IMG/VR virus record: IMGVR_UViG_3300031088_000799
Strand: one strand, 5' to 3'
DNA from: a virus
Lineage: Duplodnaviria; Heunggongvirae; Uroviricota; Caudoviricetes
Length of the DNA: 64,000 nucleotides
Under the pieces are notes generated by a model. The model did no database searches. It was not told the origin of the DNA and saw only the letters and a list, made by a program, of their open reading frames with translations. Positions 1 to 9,041 of this stretch are shown here, in pieces (positions within the stretch are counted from its first letter, which is position 1; every line of letters starts with the position of its first letter). The position numbers and the translations under genes were made by a program.

Positions 1-2
1 AC

Positions 3-794
3 TCATATTCGTAACATATTAATAACATCTGCATAAGTTTTTAGTTCTGCTTCAGACATCTCTAATATTTCATTAAATGGAATTCCATAGTGAGTATGAA
101 TCGGATTAAAGAGTTCATCGATGGCAAACATCTCCAAAGATTTTTGGAAATTTCTCAGGTTTTTAGAAAATACTTTTTCATTCCCTACTAATGATAATTC
201 AATATAATCATTTTTTTCACTAGCCATAGATTGATTAAATATCAAGCATTCCGCACTTAGTCTATTATTTTTAAAAGAGAAAGTAATGATTGTTTTAAAA
301 TAATGAACACGTTTTTGATGACTATACAAATTATTGTTTATTGAAACTGAAATATTACGTGGAGAGTTAATGATGTTATAATGAAGCCCATAAGTTCTGT
401 CCAGTTGACTACGAGTAGAAATAACATCACTATTAAGCATTGTAATTTTATCAAAAATTCTAAATTTTTGACTGGTCTGACTAATCTTATCTATTAGAAA
501 ATTAAAACGGTTTTTATAATCAATAAGTTCTGTTTTTAAAAGTGGAGTAATAAATGCTATTAAAAAATCACTACTGGCAGTTGTTTTGAAATAAACATAA
601 TATTCGCCAATAAAATCTTCTTGATATTCAATAATTAAATTTTCAATAATACTATTTATTTTAATTTTAAAAATACAACGACGCTTTGTTTTAACTAACT
701 CATAATGAATTACAGATATGTTGAGAACATGACTTAAATAATTGAGAAAATAATCTTTTATTTCTAGATCTATATTTGAATCGTATGTCTCCAT
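3..794 (-). CDS. hypothetical protein, C-terminal VxxMxxI motif family
   Basis: 263-aa ORF; ends ...ADVINMLRI. Confidence 0.8.
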   Translation of the reverse strand: METYDSNIDLEIKDYFLNYLSHVLNISVIHYELVKTKRRCIFKIKINSIIENLIIEYQEDFIGEYYVYFKTTASSDFLIAFITPLLKTELIDYKNRFNFLIDKISQTSQKFRIFDKITMLNSDVISTRSQLDRTYGLHYNIINSPRNISVSINNNLYSHQKRVHYFKTIITFSFKNNRLSAECLIFNQSMASEKNDYIELSLVGNEKVFSKNLRNFQKSLEMFAIDELFNPIHTHYGIPFNEILEMSEAELKTYADVINMLRI

Positions 795-895
795 AATCCT
801 ATACCAATGTTATACACTCATTATGGTTTAAGATCAAAATAATGCAAATTGTTTATTTATTTGTATTTCGAACAGAACGTTCAGGCGGGATAATC

Positions 896-971
896 TGGTG
901 CCGAAAGTCAGACTCGAACTGACGACCTACCGCTTACAAGGCGGTTGCTCTACCAACTGAGCTATTTCGGC
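896..971 (-). tRNA. tRNA-Thr(UGU)
   Basis: Reverse complement GCCGAAATAGCTCAGTTGGTAGAGC..CTTGTAA..GTTCGAGTC..GGCACCA; full cloverleaf, encoded CCA. Confidence 0.97.
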
Positions 972-981
972 ATATTTAATA

Positions 982-1057
982 TGGCTGGCGAAGCAGGACT
1001 CGAACCTGCGACCCGGTGATTAACAGTCACCTGCTCTACCGACTGAGCTATTCGCCA
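982..1057 (-). tRNA. tRNA-Asn(GUU)
   Basis: Cloverleaf, anticodon loop CTGTTAA, encoded CCA. Confidence 0.97.
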
Positions 1058-1063
1058 ATATTT

Positions 1064-1324
1064 TTAATTTATTACTCTTAAATTACGCTTCCAATAAGAA
1101 TAAGTGTAATGTTCGCAATTGTCATCGCCATAACCAACTCTATCAATTTGCCAAACATAAATCGTGCCATGATCTTCAACCGTTTCATTGGTTGGTAGTT
1201 CTAATTGGACAACAACACCACGATATCCACGAGAGTCAATCAATTTTACACCAAGTTCCAACTCAAAATCTTTATTAAGACGTTCATTTTCATTTTGCCA
1301 TTTAATTAATTCGTCTTTTCTCAT
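1064..1324 (-). CDS. hypothetical protein within tRNA cluster
   Basis: 86-aa ORF with AAAGGTG SD-like sequence. Confidence 0.7.
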   Translation of the reverse strand: MRKDELIKWQNENERLNKDFELELGVKLIDSRGYRGVVVQLELPTNETVEDHGTIYVWQIDRVGYGDDNCEHYTYSYWKRNLRVIN

Positions 1325-1354
1325 ATAACACCTTTAATTAATGGGTTAAGAATT

Positions 1355-1431
1355 TGGTGGGACTTGTAGGACTTGAACCTACGACCTGCCGATTATGAGT
1401 CGGATGCTCTAACCAACTGAGCTAAAGTCCC
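1355..1431 (-). tRNA. tRNA-Ile2(CAU) (lysidine type; Met not excluded), copy 1
   Basis: GGGACTTTAGCTCAGTTGGTTAGAGC..CTCATAA..CCCACCA; lacks initiator features and resembles Ile2. Confidence 0.9.
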
Positions 1432-1434
1432 ATA

Positions 1435-1644
1435 TTAAATTTCATCACTATTTTTCACACTAAAAACAATGTATTCAGATTCAGCTTCTTTGGCAAGAAC
1501 CGCCATTAGAGCGATTTTAAATAGTTCCTCATCAGTAATTTTAGAAGTATCAGTATTAAATTTCTTACCTTTCAGGGTAAGTAAAGAACCGCAATAATTA
1601 TCATGAGTATCTTTATCAATATTTGTATCTACTGGCTTATCCAC
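1435..1644 (-). CDS. hypothetical protein within tRNA cluster
   Basis: 69-aa ORF, GTG start after AGGGG. Confidence 0.55.
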   Translation of the reverse strand: MDKPVDTNIDKDTHDNYCGSLLTLKGKKFNTDTSKITDEELFKIALMAVLAKEAESEYIVFSVKNSDEI

Positions 1645-1676
1645 ATTAAACCCCTAGTTACACATATTAAAAAATC

Positions 1677-1760
1677 TGGTGCCCGAAGCCGGACTCGAAC
1701 CGGCACTCCGTAAGGAAGGGGATTTTAAGTCCCCCGCGTCTACCATTCCACCACTCGGGC
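1677..1760 (-). tRNA. tRNA-Leu(UAA)
   Basis: 84 nt, long variable arm, loop CTTAAAA, encoded CCA. Confidence 0.96.
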
Positions 1761-1767
1761 TTAAAAA

Positions 1768-1904
1768 TTCTACCCGCTGCGTAAGCTAAAAGTGTCCTCG
1801 CACTAAAATACAAGTATTTTTGGCGACTTTCCCTTTAACTTGCAACACACTAGTCAATTCGGTGTCCGAAATTAATCAGATTCAGCAAATCGAACGGCGT
1901 AGAA
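1768..1904 (-). ncRNA. candidate structured ncRNA between two tRNAs
   Basis: Ends pair (TTCTAC-G-CCGTT / AGCGGGTAGAA); internal stems AGTGT/ACACT and TGCAAGT/ACTTGTA; more GC-rich than the flanks. Confidence 0.4.
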
Positions 1905-1907
1905 AAC

Positions 1908-1982
1908 TGGTGCTAAGGACGGGATTCGAACCCGTGACCGTCGGATTTAGAGGCCGCCGCTCTGCCGCTGAGCTACCAAAGC
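1908..1982 (-). tRNA. tRNA with CUA anticodon (amber suppressor type), imperfect stems
   Basis: GCTTTGG TA GCTC AGCGGCA GAGC G GCGGC CTCTAAA TCCGA CGGTC ACGGG TTCGAAT CCCGT CCTTAGC A CCA; intact D and T arms, 2 mismatches each in acceptor and anticodon stems. Confidence 0.75.
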
Positions 1983-2064
1983 ATTTAATCTTCACTGCTT
2001 GTTTTGTTGGTTCATTATACATTAACATTCAACACTAATCAAGCTTTTTATTCTTATTTTAATA

Positions 2065-2141
2065 TGGTGGGACTTGTAGGACTTGAACCTACGACCTGCC
2101 GATTATGAGTCGGATGCTCTAACCAACTGAGCTAAAGTCCC
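2065..2141 (-). tRNA. tRNA-Ile2(CAU), copy 2
   Basis: Identical to 1355-1431. Confidence 0.9.
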
Positions 2142-2147
2142 ATTTAA

Positions 2148-2546
2148 CTATCTTAACTGCTCTGCATAATCTTGTTTATGTTGATGACTCAATACACCAA
2201 AAGCATCCTCATAAAGATAAACAGATGACCTAATTGTCTCGATAGACCTTGCTAACTCTGGATACATTACAGTTTCAACACGATAACTGCCGCGACCATT
2301 CTTGCCTTTCCATTGCTCCCAAACAAGAACTGCAACCGTCCCAAATTTGAAAACTTTTTCAGGTTTGAAGCTACTTACATAATCAACACATCCCAAATGA
2401 GCTGCTACATGCACTTTAATCCCTTTCGGATTAACCTTAAGAACTATACCAGAACATAAAGAATAATCAATTAAAACCTTAACATTAGCACCAACAGAAA
2501 ATGTTTTAGCTTGATTCATTAGTGTAATATGTTCATCATACAGCAT
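2148..2546 (-). CDS. hypothetical protein within tRNA cluster
   Basis: 132-aa ORF with AGGAG SD. Confidence 0.75.
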   Translation of the reverse strand: MLYDEHITLMNQAKTFSVGANVKVLIDYSLCSGIVLKVNPKGIKVHVAAHLGCVDYVSSFKPEKVFKFGTVAVLVWEQWKGKNGRGSYRVETVMYPELARSIETIRSSVYLYEDAFGVLSHQHKQDYAEQLR

Positions 2547-2562
2547 AACGTTACTCCTAATT

Positions 2563-2639
2563 TGGCGTCTACGGCTGGACTCGAACCAGCGACCATCCGC
2601 TTAGAAGGCGGATGCTCTATCCAACTGAGCTACGCAGAC
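2563..2639 (-). tRNA. tRNA-Arg(UCU)
   Basis: Cloverleaf, loop CTTCTAA, encoded CCA. Confidence 0.97.
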
Positions 2640-2668
2640 ATTATTTACTTCGTTGTTTCTATTCGCTT

Positions 2669-2798
2669 ATCTTACCTAAGAACGATTTCGCTGTCAACAT
2701 ATTTTTTGTATTTATTTTTTTGTTTTAAGCTTTATATTCAAAGTCTTATATGCTTTTGAATATGATGCTATTCTAGTATAGGTTTTGCTTGATGTCAA
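2669..2798 (-). promoter_or_regulatory. tandem sigma70-type promoters of the tRNA operon
   Basis: TTGACA-17-TAGAAT (2798-2770) and TTGACA-17-TAAGAT (2697-2669). Confidence 0.7.
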
Positions 2799-2806
2799 CA
2801 CCAATA

Positions 2807-4300
2807 TTAAAAGTTTTTCAACTTTTTAATTCGTTTAGGTGCTGAATCAAATGAATATTGAGTAAAAATCTCTTTTTTATCTTCAGCTTTATCATAAAAA
2901 TGGATATTAACTTTACCTTTTAAGGATTCAATAATATCTGTAGAGGTGTTTTTAGGCAGTAACACTGCAGCAAAATCATCAAAATGAATAACCTTTTGTG
3001 GCTTACCTTCAAAATAATGACTCCTTAAATTTTTAATAGACTGACAAATATCAAAGCCTTTTTTAATAATATCAGGTGAAATAGTCTCAATATTAAAACC
3101 TTGTTTTTGTAATTTTGTAGTAAATTGTTCAATTGAATGTACTCGGGTCAATGCTAAACTTAAACATTCTTGAACATCAAAGAACCTTGAATAAGGCGAG
3201 TGAGGTTGAAGTTCTTCTGTCAAATCAGAGATACGACGATTAATGACATCAGTTTGATTGTGCCTATCTTCCATAGTGTCTAATCTATCAATATAGTCAA
3301 TCATTTCATCATAAGATGTAAATTGCGTTGAATAACTAGCTGATATTTTTCCTACACTGGTATCAGATACATCTTCTGCACCCGTTACTTGTTGTCTCAA
3401 CATATATTTTGAAATGGTGTCTAAATTGTATTCCACTTTCCTAGTTCCATTTCTTAAATGAGGTTTCACAAATATATCTTGTGTCAATTCAATAAAGAAA
3501 TCATTATACTCGACCACATGAGCGTCAACAAATTTACTCAATTCATCTCTTAATTTATTAGTATCAAGTATAGTTACCTGACCTGAATAACGTGCAACAT
3601 CATTCACGATGTTTTCAATATCCTTAGAATAACTATTAATATCACCCTGATCATTAAATAGAGACTTTTTGTAAGCATTCACAATGTCATCTGCTATTGT
3701 TACCCCAACAGTATCTTTATAAAAGGCATGTCTACGATCTAATGCTTCATTTAAAGCCGATTTAAAGTCATCGTCATGTTGAAGTGTGCGAACTCTATCT
3801 TTCATATAGTTTTGAAATGTAATATCAGCAGAAAGATCAGATTGCATTTTATCTACCTTATAGGGAAATTCATAAGATGGATTTATTTTTTGTAAAAACA
3901 TTAATCTTACAATAGGACTTGATTTAAGACGATCTTCAATATAATCAGAAGATTTTCTTTTTAAAGAGTCTAAATCATACAAATTAAATAAAGGCCCTAA
4001 GCTTTTATTACTTTCGACCATTTGATCTAACTGTTTATGGAGAGTAGTTAGTGATTTCTTATCTATGTCATAATAGAGTTCTGGAATACGCTGAGAAAAA
4101 ATGTCACGATCAAAAAAAAGATTTTTCTTATCTTTTGGGTCAACAGACTCAGGTTTAAGAATAAAAGTTATATTACCAAAACGTGTAAACTCATTATCAG
4201 GTTTCATAGCAGCGATACTGGGTAGCGGCATGCCACCCAGTTCAATAGCTTTTCTAAGTTTTTGTTCTGATAGTGAGTGAACTATGATCATTTTTGACAT
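2807..4300 (-). CDS. polyvalent-protein-associated domain protein (possible ADP-ribosyltransferase-like fold), basic C-tail
   Basis: IVHSLS..LGGMPLPSIA..FGNI and YFEGKPQK motifs resemble a domain I recall from phage/ICE large polyvalent proteins; ends PKRIKKLKNF. Confidence 0.55.
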   Translation of the reverse strand: MSKMIIVHSLSEQKLRKAIELGGMPLPSIAAMKPDNEFTRFGNITFILKPESVDPKDKKNLFFDRDIFSQRIPELYYDIDKKSLTTLHKQLDQMVESNKSLGPLFNLYDLDSLKRKSSDYIEDRLKSSPIVRLMFLQKINPSYEFPYKVDKMQSDLSADITFQNYMKDRVRTLQHDDDFKSALNEALDRRHAFYKDTVGVTIADDIVNAYKKSLFNDQGDINSYSKDIENIVNDVARYSGQVTILDTNKLRDELSKFVDAHVVEYNDFFIELTQDIFVKPHLRNGTRKVEYNLDTISKYMLRQQVTGAEDVSDTSVGKISASYSTQFTSYDEMIDYIDRLDTMEDRHNQTDVINRRISDLTEELQPHSPYSRFFDVQECLSLALTRVHSIEQFTTKLQKQGFNIETISPDIIKKGFDICQSIKNLRSHYFEGKPQKVIHFDDFAAVLLPKNTSTDIIESLKGKVNIHFYDKAEDKKEIFTQYSFDSAPKRIKKLKNF

Positions 4301-4347
4301 TATTTTTCTTTATATTGATAGGTATATTTTACCATCTTTTTTCCAAT

Positions 4348-4974
4348 TTAAAAGTCAACCATTTTAATAAGATCAAGATGCTCATCAATCAAATCAGAAG
4401 GGCTAATCGATTCATCCGTTAAGAATTTCTTAATTCGACAGGCTTCAACACCAGCAATTTTCAAGTTAGATACAGCTTTTTCAGACAAAAATTTTGAAAA
4501 AATATCATTATAGTGATTGCCAATAACGTCTTGTTTTTTTAAATTAATCACAACACCATTCAAACTAAGGTATGATTTTTTAGGTGAAAACGAAAGGAAA
4601 GCAGAGACACCAAAAGAAGTGTCAAACATAAATTTGATAATTACCATATTGTTATGTTCTTCATAGTTGACACCACGAATTTTATCAAATTTAAAAAGAA
4701 ATGGGTTTACATTAAACAATTGATAGAAATAATCAAACCCGTCAATATAGCTTACAATATTGCTATCTTTATCAACTTGATAACCATCAGGCAGACTTGT
4801 TTGAATGATAAACTTGTTATCAATAAAAACAACATTAGCGGTTGTAAAGAATTTATCAGTTTCGATTTCAAGATCACCAGAGCTAGCTTCTTTGATATTC
4901 ACAATATTTGGAAAAAGTGCTGTCAAAAAAGCAAGAACATCTTGGTTTTTCAAAACTTGATTAGTCTTTGACAT
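4348..4974 (-). CDS. hypothetical protein, C-terminal motif family
   Basis: 208 aa; ends LDLIKMVDF. Confidence 0.8.
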   Translation of the reverse strand: MSKTNQVLKNQDVLAFLTALFPNIVNIKEASSGDLEIETDKFFTTANVVFIDNKFIIQTSLPDGYQVDKDSNIVSYIDGFDYFYQLFNVNPFLFKFDKIRGVNYEEHNNMVIIKFMFDTSFGVSAFLSFSPKKSYLSLNGVVINLKKQDVIGNHYNDIFSKFLSEKAVSNLKIAGVEACRIKKFLTDESISPSDLIDEHLDLIKMVDF

Positions 4975-5042
4975 TATTAAAAATCCTCATTCATGTATAA
5001 GATGCGGCTATTATAACAAAAAGAGAACTTGTATGCAACCAA

Positions 5043-6371
5043 TCAAGTCAGAAGATTTTGAGTTTTTGCCCATTCATCAATGTAGAATTGGGATACACCA
5101 TTAATTGGTTGACGATTAATATATGTAGGACATGAACTGTGTTCCATAATAGGACTGTTTTTCTGCAAAGTCAGGTAATTGAAAAAATTACGCTCAATGC
5201 CAATAACATCAGCAACTAGCAATTTTACTTGATCTTTGTATAAGCGGTTCAAACGATTAAATTCAGTTGTATATTCAGAAATAGCAATGGATGTCGAAAC
5301 TTTGTCTCTACCAGAAAATTTAGGCTTATTGTTATAAAGAATGCTGTCATCTATAGTTGGTCGAACATTAAACAAGTTACAGTTAGCCAACAGTTGTTCT
5401 TCATCATTCTGAATATGAAGTACAATCGTAATAATTTGATCGATAATAGGTGTGTTTTCAGTCACGAATACACAACAATCCGCCATTACAACATTTTGTT
5501 TATTCAACAATGTTAACTCATAAGGAATATGCCCTTTCAATGGACTATGCGTCATATTAATTAGAGAAACACTACGCTTTTGACGAAAATGCCAGTTATA
5601 TTTTTCGCCTTCGATGGTAAAACCATCACCATTTACAAAACTGGTAATATTTTTCTTACCAAACAAGTTAGAAAATTTCTTCACCCCTTTTTTAATGGCT
5701 TTTTTAGCTGACAATACACGATCATTAGCAGCCGCTCTGGTAACATAATGCTCCCTGTCAACAATTTGATTATCATTAGTCAACATCATATTCGTGCCTT
5801 CAACAGACTTTCTAAGCATGTAAAGGTGATGTTTTCTAAGCTCATCACAAGATGCAGTAACGCCCATAGACAGCTTCAAACGGTCTTTAATATTAACCAT
5901 GTATTCATAAATACGATTTTCTTGCATGATGGCAGTTGCAATATTAGCTGGAAACAAGATATCCGATTCATTGATTACGTTAACCACATTGCGTTCATGC
6001 TCCATGGAAAAGTAAAAAGAGTCAAATTTTTCTTCAATACCATTGTTTTGGAGATAGTTACGAACTAAAATATTCGTTACACCACTAACCAACTCATTCA
6101 ATTGCATGTCAGAAGCATAAACATTTGTGGACAACAAAACACCTTGTGTCAAAGGGTCTTGTTCAGCCATCCATTCATACATCATGCTAGACAAATTTTT
6201 AATAGACGAACAAGCACCTTCCACCGAATAACGAACATCATACATGTCGAAATAGTTGTTGAGATTCAAGTTGGCAAAGAAGACAGCATTGTGAACATCT
6301 GGAGTCATTTCCATCAATTCAAAAGCTGAGTCCATGACATAATGAATATCGGGGCTTGCAATAGTTGGCAT
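5043..6371 (-). CDS. hypothetical protein
   Basis: 442 aa, GAGGA SD, 11 bp downstream of the upstream gene. Confidence 0.8.
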   Translation of the reverse strand: MPTIASPDIHYVMDSAFELMEMTPDVHNAVFFANLNLNNYFDMYDVRYSVEGACSSIKNLSSMMYEWMAEQDPLTQGVLLSTNVYASDMQLNELVSGVTNILVRNYLQNNGIEEKFDSFYFSMEHERNVVNVINESDILFPANIATAIMQENRIYEYMVNIKDRLKLSMGVTASCDELRKHHLYMLRKSVEGTNMMLTNDNQIVDREHYVTRAAANDRVLSAKKAIKKGVKKFSNLFGKKNITSFVNGDGFTIEGEKYNWHFRQKRSVSLINMTHSPLKGHIPYELTLLNKQNVVMADCCVFVTENTPIIDQIITIVLHIQNDEEQLLANCNLFNVRPTIDDSILYNNKPKFSGRDKVSTSIAISEYTTEFNRLNRLYKDQVKLLVADVIGIERNFFNYLTLQKNSPIMEHSSCPTYINRQPINGVSQFYIDEWAKTQNLLT

Positions 6372-6382
6372 AAAACGTCCTC

Positions 6383-6826
6383 TTAACCGGCTGCAATACG
6401 TGGAGTAGCAATAGTGTGGCTTTTCATTACTTCGTTAGCAGTTTTTGCTTTTCGAACAGTATTATAGCTGGATTCTGGAACGTTTGCAATACCAATGCGA
6501 CCAGCTTTAAACAAGTTTTCAGATGCTTCATCACCCAAGTTCAAAGTTTCACCCAAAAGCACTTTTGCACCACTGGTAGTAGTATCAGTTTTCATGATAA
6601 CTTCACGTCCCTTAATTTCAGAAATGTTTCGAATCGTTTTCTTCTTAGAACCAAGAGCTTTCAAGAATGAAACACGAGGCTCAAGAATGAAGAAACAATA
6701 ACCCGCATCAATTTTATCTTGAATCATCTTCTTGATTTCGGCATCTTCACCGTTTTCCCAAGTAAGCGTAATATCACCAGTGCTGTTCAAAAGGGTGGTG
6801 CTATAAAATTCAGTAGGTTCAGTCAT
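6383..6826 (-). CDS. hypothetical protein
   Basis: Start refined to MTEPT after GGAG SD; ends PRIAAG. Confidence 0.8.
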   Translation of the reverse strand: MTEPTEFYSTTLLNSTGDITLTWENGEDAEIKKMIQDKIDAGYCFFILEPRVSFLKALGSKKKTIRNISEIKGREVIMKTDTTTSGAKVLLGETLNLGDEASENLFKAGRIGIANVPESSYNTVRKAKTANEVMKSHTIATPRIAAG

Positions 6827-6851
6827 AATATTCTCCGTTGAAATTGCCATT

Positions 6852-6880
6852 ATTATACTAAAAAATACATAAAAGGTCAA
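6852..6880 (-). promoter_or_regulatory. sigma70-type promoter
   Basis: TTGACC-17-TATAAT. Confidence 0.7.
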
Positions 6881-7125
6881 ACGATTTGAAAGATAACATA
6901 GTAGTTAAATAAATGATAGCAGTTTAACATTAAGCATTATTTCATTATGATATTAAAAACAATATAAAAATTTTTTTTTATTTCTTTTTGCTTGATTCTT
7001 TTTTCATTATATAAAAGAAAATATTTATCATTCAATGGAACAAGTTAAGTTAAGTATGATTTGTAACCTGTTGATTTCAATATTTTATATGATAGTCTGA
7101 GAGGAAATCAACCGGAAGAGGATAA

Positions 7126-7749
7126 ATGATTATGAAGAAATTAGTTCTTGCAGCAACAATTACCGCAATCAGTGCAATGGGATCAATCGGAGTCGCAAGT
7201 GCAAAAGAATCAACAGAGTCAACATTTGTTGGTGGCACAATTGGGCAAACATGGTCACGAGTAACAAGCAGTCAGGCAGCAAAAGACAACCTTGATTATG
7301 CTGATTTCGATAATGTGTTCAACCGAGAAGCAACTTGGGGCGTTAGAGCTGGTAAAGATTTTGGAGATAGAAGATTTTACGCAACCTATGATTATACATC
7401 AGGTGCCGCTCATCACAACAAACTCACACAACATAACTTAATTGGTTCCGCTGATTATATTATTCCAGTAACAGACTATGGTACTCGTGTATTTGCTGGT
7501 GTCTCTGCTGGTATCAACAGTTTAAACAATACAACATCTGGCTATACAAGTAACCGTTCATATGGATTTACCTATGGTGCTCAGGTAGGTGTGCTACAAA
7601 CTGTTGCTGATAACTTTGAAGTTGAAGGGGGTTTCAAATACATGTTAAACAACAACAATGTTGATTTCCGTGAAGATGGCGATAAAGTCGGAACTGCAAC
7701 ACTCAAAAACAACAAGCAGTTGTATCTAGGTTTAAATTATCATTTCTAA
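7126..7749 (+). CDS. oprH: OprH-like 8-stranded outer-membrane beta-barrel
   Basis: Signal peptide; FVGGTIG, TWGVRAG, RFYATYD, NKLTQHNLIGS, EGGFKY and YLGLNYHF parallel P. aeruginosa OprH; terminal Phe BAM signal. Confidence 0.85.
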   Translation: MIMKKLVLAATITAISAMGSIGVASAKESTESTFVGGTIGQTWSRVTSSQAAKDNLDYADFDNVFNREATWGVRAGKDFGDRRFYATYDYTSGAAHHNKLTQHNLIGSADYIIPVTDYGTRVFAGVSAGINSLNNTTSGYTSNRSYGFTYGAQVGVLQTVADNFEVEGGFKYMLNNNNVDFREDGDKVGTATLKNNKQLYLGLNYHF

Positions 7750-7768
7750 ATAATATTGATTAAATAAT

Positions 7769-7797
7769 AAAAAAGACCCTTTTCGAAGGGTTTTTTT
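7769..7797 (+). terminator. intrinsic terminator
   Basis: ACCCTT-TTCG-AAGGGT hairpin followed by a T run. Confidence 0.8.
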
Positions 7798-7858
7798 ATT
7801 GTATTTACTTGAGTTTTTTAAAGATGAAGTATAATGTTGTAATAGGAGAACTTTTACT

Positions 7859-8242
7859 ATGCAACATAAAATAAATCATAAACGAATTTTCACATTATTA
7901 GGTATATCCGCTGCTATTATTGCTGCAGTATTATATGTTGCACTCAATGAATCCAAAGTTGAAGAATATCAATTTGTAGGTGAATGGGACTGTAAACAAA
8001 AAGATGCTGTTGTCTCCATGCCATTAAAGATAACAGAAACTAGCGTTTTTGAAAACAATAAAAAATTACAGGACTACTATCCAAAAACAAACCAAGCCAA
8101 AGAAAATACCTATAATCTATATAATGGTAATACTAAGTTCGCTAGAGTGAAAGAAATTAACGAAAATAAAATTAGCTATAAAAAGAATATAAAAGATGCA
8201 AAAACTTACTACTGCAAGCGTGTTGTTGTAACGAAACAGTGA
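7859..8242 (+). CDS. membrane-anchored hypothetical protein
   Basis: N-terminal TM helix, FVGEWDC motif, AGGAG SD. Confidence 0.75.
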   Translation: MQHKINHKRIFTLLGISAAIIAAVLYVALNESKVEEYQFVGEWDCKQKDAVVSMPLKITETSVFENNKKLQDYYPKTNQAKENTYNLYNGNTKFARVKEINENKISYKKNIKDAKTYYCKRVVVTKQ

Positions 8243-8264
8243 TTTCAAATAGGAGATTCTGCTC

Positions 8265-9029
8265 ATGATTGAAACTATTATAGAGTGCATGGAAAGAATA
8301 ACGTCTGGTAAAGTGAAACAGTCTTTAATTACAGTCAATACGACTTTAAAAAACAATAACATTTTCATTATAGATGATGACCTTTGCAATAATCACTATC
8401 ATCGACCAACCATTACAATCAATAACGATATTGTCAATTTCATTATGATGTTTGAACAGTCATCATTTTACCTGAATGATATCTGCCAACATGTTATAAA
8501 TGAGTTTAATGAATTATTGATGGTATATATCGATATATACAACAAATTACAACCAGACGATGCTGTAAAAGAACTAGATAAGTATATAAAGGTCACTTAT
8601 AACGTTAAAACACAACAATACGATGTCTTATTTGCTTACCATAACACAATGTTTGCAAAACATGAGGATAGGATTAAAAATAATCAATGGTCAACGTCAT
8701 TAAGATCTGCAATGAGTCGAGCACCTAATTTAATTCTGTTCGGTGAACTAAGTGATACCAGTGAAGCACTATTATTGAAGGACACTAAAAATATGATTTT
8801 ATTTCCAGTTACTAACAATAACCTTATTTATTCAAGCTCTGGAATTCCGCTTAATCATTGCTTTATAATTCATGAAGGATTATATAAAGAAAATGAATTA
8901 TTCAATGCTATTCAATCCTATTTAAATTTAACAGAAAATGACGACTGTAACATATTAGACCCTAAACTAATCACTCGCACAACACATCTTGATAGCTTAT
9001 TAACTTTGCATAAAATTATGAAATTTTAA
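8265..9029 (+). CDS. hypothetical protein with embedded PilT/DotB-like Walker-B segment; C-terminal motif family
   Basis: SLRSAMSRAPNLILFGELSD; paralog of 9042-9821; ends LTLHKIMKF. Confidence 0.75.
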   Translation: MIETIIECMERITSGKVKQSLITVNTTLKNNNIFIIDDDLCNNHYHRPTITINNDIVNFIMMFEQSSFYLNDICQHVINEFNELLMVYIDIYNKLQPDDAVKELDKYIKVTYNVKTQQYDVLFAYHNTMFAKHEDRIKNNQWSTSLRSAMSRAPNLILFGELSDTSEALLLKDTKNMILFPVTNNNLIYSSSGIPLNHCFIIHEGLYKENELFNAIQSYLNLTENDDCNILDPKLITRTTHLDSLLTLHKIMKF

Positions 9030-9041
9030 AAGGAAAAATAA

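Noticed and set aside
1820-2759. Plus-strand ORFs 1820-2038 and 2529-2759
   Set aside because: They are antisense shadows of tRNA genes.
7021-7125. PhoP box upstream of oprH
   Set aside because: GTTAAG repeats are present but not at the 11-bp spacing of a PhoP box.
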